Part shown: piece after piece, positions 16,830 through 25,517 of the stretch
How positions within the stretch are numbered: position 1 is the first letter of the stretch
Layout of the letters: each line of letters begins with the position of its first letter
Virus record (IMG/VR): IMGVR_UViG_3300049733_000144
Span: 1-61,214 of that record
Strand: one strand, 5' to 3'
DNA: 61,214 bases
Source of the DNA: a virus
Lineage: Duplodnaviria > Caudoviricetes
Translations under genes and position numbers: made by a program
The notes under the pieces: model-generated
What the model saw: the letters and a program-made list of their open reading frames with translations, nothing else
Databases searched by the model: none
What the model was told of the DNA's origin: nothing

Positions 16830-17616
16830 CATCACTTACATTCCAGTCAAAAATCTGTCGGTGGTCTGGGTCCAGTCCCAGAGACCGTACAATCCCAAGT
16901 GGGCGAAAGCGATCGCCGACGACTTCGATCCGGACATGTTCGATCCGCTGATCGTGACCAAGCCCAACGGCCACGGCATCTATCACATCATCGAGGGCCA
17001 GCACAGGCGTCACGCCCTGGAGATGTACGCCGCCAAGCACAACGCCAGCGGCAAGGGCGACAACGAGCACGCGCCGTGCCGAATCGTGGCCGAGGCTGAC
17101 CCGGCCAGGGCCGCCGAGATCTGGCTGGGCATCAACAGTGGCCGCAAGGCCATCAAGCCGATCCACGGCTTCCTGGTCGCGGTGGTGGCAGGCCACGAGC
17201 CGCAGGTCTCGATCAACAAGCTGGTCACGACCAACAACTTCAAGATCTCCGGCGAGAAGAAACGAGACTGCATCGCTGCTGTCAAAGCCCTCGAGGTGGT
17301 CTACGTCAGGCACGGCCAGATGACGCTGAGCAGCGTCCTGCGACTGCTCCGCATGATGTGGCACGGCGATCCGGCCGCGATGTCCACGGCGCTCCTCAGG
17401 GGGTTCGGGATATTCGTCAACGAGTTCGGGCCGCACATCGACAACAAGCGACTGGTCCAGAAGGTTGCGACCAAGTGGTCGCCGTACGATCTCAGCCAGG
17501 CGGCTGAAGCCCGCAAGCAATCCAGCCTGGAGAAGCTGGACGAGGCCATCTCGGAGCTGCTGATCCGAGAGTACAACAAGGGTCTCAAGGACGGCAAGCT
17601 CAGGCACAAAGAGTGA
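16804..17616 (+). CDS. ParB/Srx-like (DUF6551-like) protein
   Basis: QRPYN...IADDFDP...PLIV...YHIIEGQHR. Confidence 0.7.
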   Translation: MTTSTVKADITYIPVKNLSVVWVQSQRPYNPKWAKAIADDFDPDMFDPLIVTKPNGHGIYHIIEGQHRRHALEMYAAKHNASGKGDNEHAPCRIVAEADPARAAEIWLGINSGRKAIKPIHGFLVAVVAGHEPQVSINKLVTTNNFKISGEKKRDCIAAVKALEVVYVRHGQMTLSSVLRLLRMMWHGDPAAMSTALLRGFGIFVNEFGPHIDNKRLVQKVATKWSPYDLSQAAEARKQSSLEKLDEAISELLIREYNKGLKDGKLRHKE

Positions 17617-17619
17617 GAT

Positions 17620-17838
17620 ATGATCATGACCAGGAGACTGGACCCGGAGCTGCTGGAGCTGCTTCGCAGCTCCGGAGCTGAGTGGCGGATCGTCGCGGGA
17701 TCGAAGCACAAGAAAATCTTGATCAACGGCAGAGTGGCATCCATCCTGCCGCTGAACGGAGGTCACGAGATCGGTCGCCGAGACATCAACATCAGGAAGC
17801 ACATCGAGCGATTTCTGCGACGAGAGAAAGGACACTGA
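17620..17838 (+). CDS. Small basic protein, possibly HicA-like fold
   Basis: W-R-I-V-A-G-S-K-H-K-K-I motif, 72 aa. Confidence 0.4.
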   Translation: MIMTRRLDPELLELLRSSGAEWRIVAGSKHKKILINGRVASILPLNGGHEIGRRDINIRKHIERFLRREKGH

Positions 17839-17840
17839 GC

Positions 17841-18272
17841 GTGACGAAAATTCCGATGCCGAGAGTTCTCACCGACAGAGGCGACGTGGTCAATCCGCCT
17901 TATCCGCCGCCTTACCCTCCGCAACCGACGACGAAGCAGATGTCAGACATAGCAGCGCGAGCGGCTCAGCACGTCTTCGATCTCGAAGAAGCCAACGAGC
18001 GCCTCGTCAGAGAGCTCGCCGAGACCAAAAACCACTTCCACCTCTCCGAGGAGCGCAACAAGGAGCTGAGCGCCGACCTGCGCTCGGTTCGTCTCGAGAT
18101 GGAATTCTACCAGCGGAGGTTCATAGAAGTTCAGACCAAGCTCAAGACAGCCGGATCGATCATCCTAGACGCCATGAAAGAACCGGCCGACAGCAGGGGA
18201 GTCGTGACCATAGCCGAGGCCCTGGCCTCCAGGAAAAGTGATATCGAAGAAATCGAGAGCGATCACAAATAA
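17841..18272 (+). CDS. Hypothetical coiled-coil protein
   Basis: GTG start after the upstream stop; Pro-rich N-terminus, then heptad-like region. Confidence 0.55.
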   Translation: MTKIPMPRVLTDRGDVVNPPYPPPYPPQPTTKQMSDIAARAAQHVFDLEEANERLVRELAETKNHFHLSEERNKELSADLRSVRLEMEFYQRRFIEVQTKLKTAGSIILDAMKEPADSRGVVTIAEALASRKSDIEEIESDHK

Positions 18273-18341
18273 ATTTCGCCTCCTATTTACTTACTTACTT
18301 TTCGTGATATGATGCCAGGGTCAACGAAACAGGAGAGTGCC

Positions 18342-19175
18342 ATGAAGAAATTCGAAGCTGCGGTCGACATCAGGGCCGAGGAAGGCAAGTCTTTGACCCT
18401 GGATGAGATGAAAGCCAAGCTGCCTAGCATCTTCGCCGACGGTCCGAGCGAAAACAGGAGCCCGCGATACCGCCACATCGCGACCAACAGGGTCGTGGAG
18501 AAGCTGATGGAGTGCGGCTACAAGCCGGTGGCCGCATCGGCGATCGGGACCATCGATCCAGTTCACGCTCGGCACCTGATCCGGTTCAGGACCGACAACG
18601 ACAAGCTCAGGGTCGGAGACTCGATTTTCGAGATCGTCCTCCGCAACTCCCACGACGGCTCGGCGTACTACGAGTTCCTCGGCGGCCTCTATCGCCTGGC
18701 GTGCCTCAACGGCATGACTGTCAGCCAGGGCGTCCTGGCGGACGTCAGGATCAAGCACACCGGCCGCTGGATCATGGACCGGGTCTTGGCCGGAGCGGAA
18801 CAGATCGTCAAGGCCGCTCCTCTGGCCATCGAGGCTCCCAAGCGCTGGAGCAAGATCGAGCTCACCGACCACGAGCGCGAGGCCTTCGCGGCCAGGGCTC
18901 TGGCCATCAGGTACGGCGACGACCACCACTTCCAGCCGTTCCAGGTCCTCGAGCCGCGGCGCGCCGACGACGTCGGTAACGACCTGTGGCTCACGTTCCA
19001 GCGCATCCAGGAGAACATCATCAAGGGCGGCGCCAGGGTAAAGTTCGTGGACGCCAATGGCGCGTCGCACCACAGGACCATGCGGCCGATCAAGGCCATC
19101 GACAAAGACGTCAATATCAACATGGCGATGTGGCAAGTCGCCGACGACATGGCCAAGCTGAAGGAAGCTGCCTGA
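18342..19175 (+). CDS. DUF932/DUF945-family protein
   Basis: PSIFA...RSPRY, HLIRFR, NSHDGS, GLYRLACLNGM, RRADD.GNDLW..FQRIQEN; promoter box and AGGAG RBS. Confidence 0.85.
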   Translation: MKKFEAAVDIRAEEGKSLTLDEMKAKLPSIFADGPSENRSPRYRHIATNRVVEKLMECGYKPVAASAIGTIDPVHARHLIRFRTDNDKLRVGDSIFEIVLRNSHDGSAYYEFLGGLYRLACLNGMTVSQGVLADVRIKHTGRWIMDRVLAGAEQIVKAAPLAIEAPKRWSKIELTDHEREAFAARALAIRYGDDHHFQPFQVLEPRRADDVGNDLWLTFQRIQENIIKGGARVKFVDANGASHHRTMRPIKAIDKDVNINMAMWQVADDMAKLKEAA

Positions 19176-19225
19176 CCAGCTTGGCCAGGGAGGGGATCGG
19201 TCCCGCGTTCCCCTCCCGCCCCTTC

Positions 19226-19458
19226 AAAAAAGAAATAAAATTTCGCCGATTCGCCTGGACTTACTTACTTTATCTGGTATGATGGTCTCACGATCAGGGA
19301 GGGGAAAATGACCGAAGCTCGCAAACTGAAAATCAAAGCCGCAAAGCAGGCTCTCCAGCAAATGCTGGATGCAGGTCACAGCTACCAATACGCGCTGAGG
19401 GCTGTGGCGAAGAAACACGGGTTCAGTGCACGCGAACTAGACCGGTGGATCGACTGAT
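19226..19458 (+). repeat. ~233-bp direct repeat, copy A (promoter cassette plus 49-aa gene)
   Basis: Nearly identical to 19689-19921. Confidence 0.92.
19308..19457 (+). CDS. 49-aa basic HTH-like protein, copy A
   Basis: MTEARKLKIKAAKQALQQMLDAGHSYQYALRAVAKKHGFSARELDRWID; strong RBS. Confidence 0.75.
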   Translation: MTEARKLKIKAAKQALQQMLDAGHSYQYALRAVAKKHGFSARELDRWID

Positions 19459-19507
19459 CTTACTTACTTTTATGTGATACACTGGTCTCACGATCAGGGA
19501 GGGGAAA

Positions 19508-19690
19508 ATGGAAACGAACCGGGAAAAACTACTGAAAGCCAAGTTTCTCAGGAACCTCAGGCGCCGGGCAGAAAAGTCTCAAAGCGCCCTCTGGGTTCTC
19601 ACGGAAATCAACGCCGGCCGTGTCGTCATGGACGTCGATCCGGACTACGACCTGGTGGCCCTTGACACCAGCGGAACTCTGGCACGCTAA
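19508..19690 (+). CDS. Small early hypothetical protein
   Basis: Preceded by a shortened cassette at 19459-19507. Confidence 0.7.
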   Translation: METNREKLLKAKFLRNLRRRAEKSQSALWVLTEINAGRVVMDVDPDYDLVALDTSGTLAR

Positions 19691-19921
19691 AAAAGAAATA
19701 AAATTTCGCCGATTCGCCTGGACTTACTTACTTTATCTAGTAAGATGGTCTCACGATCAGGGAGGGGAAAATGACCGAAGCTCGCAAACTGAAAATCAAA
19801 GCCGCAAAGCAGGCTCTCCAGCAAATGCTGGATGCAGGTCACAGCTACCAATACGCGCTGAGGGCTGTGGCGAAGAAGCACGGGTTCAGCGCGCGCGAAC
19901 TAGACCGGTGGATCGACTGAT
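19689..19921 (+). repeat. ~233-bp direct repeat, copy B
   Basis: Nearly identical to 19226-19458. Confidence 0.92.
19771..19920 (+). CDS. 49-aa basic HTH-like protein, copy B
   Basis: Same protein as copy A, with three synonymous differences. Confidence 0.75.
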   Translation: MTEARKLKIKAAKQALQQMLDAGHSYQYALRAVAKKHGFSARELDRWID

Positions 19922-19970
19922 CCAGTTCAGGCTGAACAGTAGCAACTTATCTGATATGATGGAGGGGAAA

Positions 19971-20270
19971 ATGACCACGACGATCACTCGCACCGAAATC
20001 GAAATGTCGATCAAGGCACAGGAAGTGAAGTCCGCGCACGAAGCAGGTCTCGAATGGATCGATCAGCGCATCGAGCAGTACGAGCGCGCGGTAATCGAGA
20101 TGAAGCGACGACGCGAGCAGTACGTGATCGCCACGACGAAGCCCGACCGCAACTGCACTCCGGTCAACGTGCTGGAATGGAGCGCGAACGAGATCAACAA
20201 CGTCTCGATGAACAGCAATTTGTCCGACGTCGTGCGCATCGCGGCGCGCATCGCGACATCGTCTCAGTAG
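19971..20270 (+). CDS. Hypothetical protein
   Basis: GGAGGGGAAAATG start context shared with the cassette genes. Confidence 0.65.
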   Translation: MTTTITRTEIEMSIKAQEVKSAHEAGLEWIDQRIEQYERAVIEMKRRREQYVIATTKPDRNCTPVNVLEWSANEINNVSMNSNLSDVVRIAARIATSSQ

Positions 20271-20411
20271 GAAGGTTTGCACCCGCGAGCCTGACTAGCA
20301 ACACTGCCGCTGTGGGGGCGGGATAACCACGGGGCGGCGGGCCGGAGAATAACCGGGGCGGGTGCCGAGATGCGAAACCCCGCACCACACATCACTCAAC
20401 AGGAGAGCAAA

Positions 20412-20996
20412 ATGACCACGACTTACGAGGGCAAAACGGGACCGGAGCTGGTGTCCCTGTTCAACAAGATGGCCAACTCAGCCGAGGGCCAGGAGCTCGG
20501 CATGCGGCCGGTCACGAAATTCCAGACCATCGATGTCGGCGTCCAGCGATGCCAGAAGGCCGAGTCGTCGATCAAGGCATTCCGCAGCGGCCAAGCCGAG
20601 GCGGAGGCAGACATCGTGCCGTCCCGGCTGGTCCAGTCGGACGAAACCATCGCTACGCCTGCGAAAGCGAAGAAAGCGAAAGAGCCGAGCGTCGAGATCG
20701 TTGGTCTCGCCGAAAGGCTCGGCATCAAGCGGGCCGGTACGTTTCTCCACCGGCTGGTCGCGGAATTGGAGAAGAACCTCGACAGTCAGATGGCCATGAT
20801 CAGCCTGTGCGAGGCGGTCTACGAAGTCAAGATCGATCCGACCGACAAGAAATCGATCCTCAATTTCGAAGGCAAGCTGCTGAATGTCAGGAAAGGCGTC
20901 GACTACCACATATCCAAGCAAGGACTCAAGTATGTCACCAAAGTCGAAAAAGATCAGGAAGGAAACCCATCCCTTGGACTTCACTCTCAGGGATGA
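20412..20996 (+). CDS. Hypothetical protein
   Basis: AGGAG RBS; 194 aa. Confidence 0.65.
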   Translation: MTTTYEGKTGPELVSLFNKMANSAEGQELGMRPVTKFQTIDVGVQRCQKAESSIKAFRSGQAEAEADIVPSRLVQSDETIATPAKAKKAKEPSVEIVGLAERLGIKRAGTFLHRLVAELEKNLDSQMAMISLCEAVYEVKIDPTDKKSILNFEGKLLNVRKGVDYHISKQGLKYVTKVEKDQEGNPSLGLHSQG

Positions 20997-21249
20997 TCCG
21001 AAAGTCGCCTACAGCGACAGAGAGCGCAAGGTCCTTCTCCTGCTGCCGGTGGGAGAAGGATCGGCTCGCTCGACGACGCAGCTCGCCAAGATGCTGTTCG
21101 GCAAAGTCCGGCCGTGGAACAGCCAGCGCATGATGGTCGGACTGATCAACAGCATTCGCAAGAAGGCAGAGCACAACGGAGAGGAGTTCGCCGTTAGGAC
21201 CGGAGGCCGGATAGGCCCTTCGCCCATGATGGTATGGATCGAGGTTTGA
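20884..21249 (+). CDS. Hypothetical, possibly winged-helix protein (start uncertain)
   Basis: YSDRERKVLLLL...STTQLAKMLFG...INSIRKK resembles wHTH; fills the gap before the helicase. Confidence 0.4.
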   Translation: MSGKASTTTYPSKDSSMSPKSKKIRKETHPLDFTLRDDPKVAYSDRERKVLLLLPVGEGSARSTTQLAKMLFGKVRPWNSQRMMVGLINSIRKKAEHNGEEFAVRTGGRIGPSPMMVWIEV

Positions 21250-21253
21250 CGCC

Positions 21254-22714
21254 ATGCTCGACACATCACGTCACAGCTACTCTCCCAGGATGGCCGCCTT
21301 CGCCCACCAGGACGAGGCCCTGGCCAAGATGCTGGGTCGAGAGAATTTCGCCTTATTGATGGCCATGCGAACAGGCAAGACGAAAGTCATCCTGGACGAA
21401 TTCGGGACCATGGAGCTGGACGGCAGGGTCTCCGACTTGCTGGTCGTGGCTCCTGGAGGGGCATACCGGACCTGGGTCCAGGCGATGGAAGATCATTTGT
21501 CCGTCGACCTGCGGTCGCGGATAGACGTCCACGTCTGGCGGTCAGGGAAACCCGCTGGTCGCAGAGAATTCCTGGCCAGTACTGACAGGCCCAGGGCTCT
21601 CCTGATGAACGTGGAGGCCCTTTCTAGGCCGGGAGAGGCCCGCCAGACGGCCATCCAGTTCCTGGCCAGAGGCAGGAATGTCGTGGTGATCGACGAGTCG
21701 ACGGTCATCAAGAACAACAGCAAGCGGACCCAGTTCGTGCTCAGGCAGATCAGACCCCTGGCCACGTACCGCCGCGTCCTGTCCGGCCTGGCGACGCCGC
21801 GAAGCCCGCTTGACCTGTACTACCAGTTCGCTTTCCTGACGGAATACATCTTGGGCTTCAATTCCTGGCACGTGTTCAGGAGCGTGATCGCCCACGTCAA
21901 GACCGAGCACTTCGGAGGCAGGTCAGTCCAGGTCGTGAACACGGCGCTCGGCGACCGCGGGTTCAGGCGGTCCGAAGTCGAGGCCGCTCGTCGCCGGATC
22001 GAGCCTCACAGCTACCGGATCGAGTTCAGACCCAAGATGCCATCGACGTACACGTTCCGCGACGTCGACCTGACGCCTGAGCAGCAGGCTGCTTATTCGG
22101 ACATGCGAGCGATGGCGACCCACGCCCTGTCGGCAACCGAGCACGTCACGGCCACGGTAGTGATCGCCCAGCTGATTCGGATGCACCAGATACTCCTCGG
22201 CCACGTCAGAGACGAGTCGGGAGCGGAGCACGTCCTGCCGGAGAACCGGACGGCCGCGCTCCTCGAGCTCATGGAAGATTACGCTGGCAAGGCGATCGTC
22301 TGGTGCAGCTACGACCACGATGTCAGGAAAGTCTCCAAGGCTCTGGCGGAAGAGTATGGTCCTCGGTCCGTGGCTCGCTTCTGGGGCGGCAACACCGCGA
22401 CCAGAGAAGACGAGGAGAAAAAATTCGTGTCAGAGCCCGAGTGCCGCTTCATGGTGGCGACTCCGTCGGCCGGCGGCCGCGGTCGCACTTGGCACGTCGC
22501 CGACCTGGTCGTGTACTACAGCAACACAGATAACCTGGAGCACCGCGACCAGTCCGAGCAGAGAGCCATGGGCATGACCAAGTCCAGGCAAGTTGACTTC
22601 GTGGACATGATCGTCCGCGGCACGGTGGAGGAGAAAATCATAAATTCGCTGAGATCGAAAATCGACATGGCGTCGATCATCAACGGAGACAACTATAAGG
22701 AATGGCTGGTGTGA
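21254..22714 (+). CDS. SNF2-family helicase
   Basis: HQDEAL, MAMRTGKT, VIDES, LSGLA, KAIVW, QSEQRA. Confidence 0.9.
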   Translation: MLDTSRHSYSPRMAAFAHQDEALAKMLGRENFALLMAMRTGKTKVILDEFGTMELDGRVSDLLVVAPGGAYRTWVQAMEDHLSVDLRSRIDVHVWRSGKPAGRREFLASTDRPRALLMNVEALSRPGEARQTAIQFLARGRNVVVIDESTVIKNNSKRTQFVLRQIRPLATYRRVLSGLATPRSPLDLYYQFAFLTEYILGFNSWHVFRSVIAHVKTEHFGGRSVQVVNTALGDRGFRRSEVEAARRRIEPHSYRIEFRPKMPSTYTFRDVDLTPEQQAAYSDMRAMATHALSATEHVTATVVIAQLIRMHQILLGHVRDESGAEHVLPENRTAALLELMEDYAGKAIVWCSYDHDVRKVSKALAEEYGPRSVARFWGGNTATREDEEKKFVSEPECRFMVATPSAGGRGRTWHVADLVVYYSNTDNLEHRDQSEQRAMGMTKSRQVDFVDMIVRGTVEEKIINSLRSKIDMASIINGDNYKEWLV

Positions 22715-22760
22715 AAAACAAAAAGGCCTCCCGAGGGGAGGGCATTCCCCCCGAGAGGCC
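22714..22760 (-). terminator. Intrinsic terminator for minus-strand (late) transcripts
   Basis: GGCCTC...GAGGCC GC-rich hairpin followed on the minus strand by TTTTTGTTTTT. Confidence 0.6.
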
Positions 22761-22872
22761 AGTCTACAGGGAGCACACGGGAGCGCTCGAGCCAGGACGC
22801 GCTCCCTCCCAGCTGGCCCGGAGGCCCGGGCCAGAGGTTCATTTGTCCCGCGACGGCGACGAGACTGAAACC

Positions 22873-23109
22873 ATGACGTGGAATTATCGCGTGGTCCGCT
22901 ACCGCGACGGTACCGGATATGGACTGCACGAGGTCCATTACGACGACGAAGGCGAGCCGTGGTCCATGACGCAGCGGCCGGCATCCTTCGCCTGCGACGC
23001 GGCCGAAGGCCCAGAAGGCATCCGTGACAGTCTGCTCGCGGCCCTAGTCGATACTAAACAGCCGGTGTTTGACGAACCAGAGCGCTGGCCAGGCAAGCGG
23101 CCGTCATGA
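22873..23109 (+). CDS. Hypothetical phage protein
   Basis: MTWNYRVV...YGLHEVHYD. Confidence 0.6.
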   Translation: MTWNYRVVRYRDGTGYGLHEVHYDDEGEPWSMTQRPASFACDAAEGPEGIRDSLLAALVDTKQPVFDEPERWPGKRPS

Positions 23110-23279
23110 ACGCATTCCCCAACTGGTCCGATCTGACAATGAGGCTCGCCGAAGCGGAGCGGGAGATCGAGCGGCTGCGGGACGAGTTACACTATGCCAA
23201 CGGCGTCGTAGAGTTGGCGATGAAGCACCGCGATATCGCTGAAGCTAGACTGAGCCTGGAGCGCTGGTGCCGCGAATAA
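23106..23279 (+). CDS. Small coiled-coil protein (57 aa)
   Basis: ATGA overlap; translated by hand. Confidence 0.45.
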   Translation: MNAFPNWSDLTMRLAEAEREIERLRDELHYANGVVELAMKHRDIAEARLSLERWCRE

Positions 23280-23289
23280 TGGCCTTGGT

Positions 23290-23493
23290 TCAGAGGCGCA
23301 AAATTCCTGCGCCCGGCAGCAGAATGCGCAGGATCAGCAGCAGGGCGACCAGCACGAACACGACCCAGATGATCTTGATGACCTTGTCCGGCAGGGCCAC
23401 GCCAGCCACCGTCTGCAGCGCCCATATGATCAGATAGATCACAGCTGCCACGATCAGCAGATAGATCAATGCCATGATCAGAGATTCAAGCAT
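23290..23493 (-). CDS. Two-TM small membrane protein (lysis-associated)
   Basis: Two hydrophobic helices; last gene of the lysis cassette. Confidence 0.7.
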   Translation of the reverse strand: MLESLIMALIYLLIVAAVIYLIIWALQTVAGVALPDKVIKIIWVVFVLVALLLILRILLPGAGILRL

Positions 23494-23671
23494 CGGTGCC
23501 TCCTGTCAGTTCGGCGATGATATCGCTCGGATTGCCGCGCACGACCTGCATGGCCCCGCCCAAGGTGAGATGCGTCAGTGCCGGCTTGTCGGCCGCGGCC
23601 ACCGTGCTGATGCAGGCCGGATTGACCCAAACGTCGCTACCGTCCGGCCGTTCGAACCGGACGAACTTCAC
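23486..23671 (-). CDS. Small hypothetical protein
   Basis: GTGA overlap; VKFVRFERPDGSDVWVNP... Confidence 0.5.
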   Translation of the reverse strand: MKFVRFERPDGSDVWVNPACISTVAAADKPALTHLTLGGAMQVVRGNPSDIIAELTGGTDA

Positions 23672-23901
23672 GGCTTTGGCTGCGCCGGGAAGCAGCGGAT
23701 TATCAGGTCCTGCATGCGGTTCTGATTTTCCAGCAGGTGCTTGGCGATCTCGGTCTGCTGCTCGCGCTGGCTCTTGCTGTTGTAGTAGACCGCCACGATG
23801 AAACCGGCATTGAACAGCAGCAGCACCAGCAGCAACGGCGATTGCTTGAGCGCCTCTACAACACCAAGGGCCGCCTTGCCACCGTTGGCTGGTAGATTCA
23901 T
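23668..23901 (-). CDS. Putative holin / single-TM protein
   Basis: One TM helix plus coiled coil, directly after the endolysin. Confidence 0.55.
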   Translation of the reverse strand: MNLPANGGKAALGVVEALKQSPLLLVLLLFNAGFIVAVYYNSKSQREQQTEIAKHLLENQNRMQDLIIRCFPAQPKP

Positions 23902-25514
23902 TCCACCACCGTCTGCCCGTTGATGGTGACCTTGACCGGCCCGTTCGCCGTGAGCGTGATGTTGACCTCGGCCTGCTCGCCGGGCGGCACTGGCTCCGGA
24001 TCAGGCGGCTCGGGATCGGGCGCGCTGTCCATGATCGCCTGCACGTCCTGCAGGAGGATGTCAGCCTCATCCCGCAATTCAAGTTCTTTCCGGTTCACGG
24101 GTCCCCAGTGCTGCCGGCGCTTTCTGAGCCCGATCGCCGTGACCATGACAGCAAAGGCCGGCGAGTGCTTGGCCAGGAATTGATAGCGCGCGCCGTCCCC
24201 GGCGCCATACGAGCCGATATCGCCGGCGTTCGGACTCGCGGCGCCCTCCTTGAATTGTGGCCAGAAGCCGTTCGGGTCGCCCCAGTAGCCCGCGAGAAGC
24301 GGCGGAATGGTCGGATCAGCCGTGTTGATGTTCCACGACGTCTGGAACAGTCCGGCCTCGGCCGTATCGCTCTCGACGTTGCTTGCGGTCGTGTCGCGGC
24401 CTTCCCAGTACACTCCAGAAGACTCTCGCACGCCGAGGCCTATCATCAGCACGAACAGATGCCGCAGCGTATCGAGCCCAGCCTGCGAGTTGTCCCAGCC
24501 CTTGGCCTGCATTTCCGACCGATACCAGGTCAGCACGTCGGTATCGGCATTGTTGCGGTCGGCCTGTGCCATGGCGGCGGCACTCGCACTGCCGGTCTTG
24601 TACCAATCGAGCGCGAGCGCGAAGCTGCAGGCCATGCCCGCGAGGTAGCCGGGCGGAGCCTTGCCGCGATCCTTCCATGAGTAGTCGACCAGCGGGCTTT
24701 CGTCGACAGCTTCGATGACGTCGGCGATCATGGCGTCCGACAGTCCTGACTCGCCGTCCTTCTGCTTCTGGTCGAGCTCGTCGATCGCGGTCCACGTGTT
24801 GGGTCCAACCTGGCCGTCAGCCGGCAGGCCGGCCGCGGCCTGGAAACTCTTGACCACTGCATCCGTGGTCGGGCCGAAATCGCCATCAGCCGGAACCTGC
24901 AGGATGCGCTGCACCTCGGCGACGTCGGCGCCGCTGTCGCCCTGCGCGATTGTGCGCTCGGGCATCGGCGCGCCCTTCGGCCACACATATTTGATGACAT
25001 CGGATTTCGAATAGGTCGCCACATTGACCATATCCGATTGGTTGCCACCCCTGCACTTGTTGCTACCGTTGGTTTCACCCTCCCACAACGTCACGTGGCC
25101 GCCTCCTGAGCGCGTCATCACGACGAGGCACCCGAGGATAGGGTCGTCGATTTCAACGAACCCTGGGTCATTTGCGAAGGATTGCGCCCACAAATAGCGA
25201 TCGGTGTCGGTCGGGCCAAACGGCGGGCGGACGTCTGCAACGGCGCAGCAGAACGCGGCTGTCAGGCCGCACCAGGCGATATCGTCCCCAGTGTAGACTG
25301 CTGCATAAGAAGCCATCTCCGGATACTTGCGCGCGATGTAATCGCTCATCGCGAGGATCTTCGGATTGCTCCCGCTGCCGGGTTCCTCAGTCAGCCCTGT
25401 GATCGCGCGCATAGTGAGCAACCACGGCGGCGCACCATCGGATGATGGCGATGCTAGCGCGGCCTGCACATCGGCCTTGGTTGGTTGCCGCTTCGCCGTC
25501 TGCTTCTTAGCCAT
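23898..25514 (-). CDS. Modular endolysin (CHAP/NlpC-like, PG-binding and lysozyme-like domains)
   Basis: AWCG...GGHV...GGNQSD; GDSG.DV..VQ..L...ADGDFGP.T...VK.FQ...GL.ADG.VGP.TW; RESSG...EAGLFQ. Confidence 0.85.
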   Translation of the reverse strand: MAKKQTAKRQPTKADVQAALASPSSDGAPPWLLTMRAITGLTEEPGSGSNPKILAMSDYIARKYPEMASYAAVYTGDDIAWCGLTAAFCCAVADVRPPFGPTDTDRYLWAQSFANDPGFVEIDDPILGCLVVMTRSGGGHVTLWEGETNGSNKCRGGNQSDMVNVATYSKSDVIKYVWPKGAPMPERTIAQGDSGADVAEVQRILQVPADGDFGPTTDAVVKSFQAAAGLPADGQVGPNTWTAIDELDQKQKDGESGLSDAMIADVIEAVDESPLVDYSWKDRGKAPPGYLAGMACSFALALDWYKTGSASAAAMAQADRNNADTDVLTWYRSEMQAKGWDNSQAGLDTLRHLFVLMIGLGVRESSGVYWEGRDTTASNVESDTAEAGLFQTSWNINTADPTIPPLLAGYWGDPNGFWPQFKEGAASPNAGDIGSYGAGDGARYQFLAKHSPAFAVMVTAIGLRKRRQHWGPVNRKELELRDEADILLQDVQAIMDSAPDPEPPDPEPVPPGEQAEVNITLTANGPVKVTINGQTVVE

Positions 25515-25517
25515 ATG

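Noticed and set aside
19188-19217. GGGAGGGGA/TCCCCTCCC hairpin as an intrinsic terminator
   Set aside because: The stem is present but there is no adjacent U-tract on either strand, so the function is unclear.
20290-20340. ZTP riboswitch or hammerhead assignment for the structured intergenic element
   Set aside because: Resemblance is only partial (TGACTAGC, GTGG..CCACGGGG). The required 3' pseudoknot hairpin and the CUGANGA core are missing.
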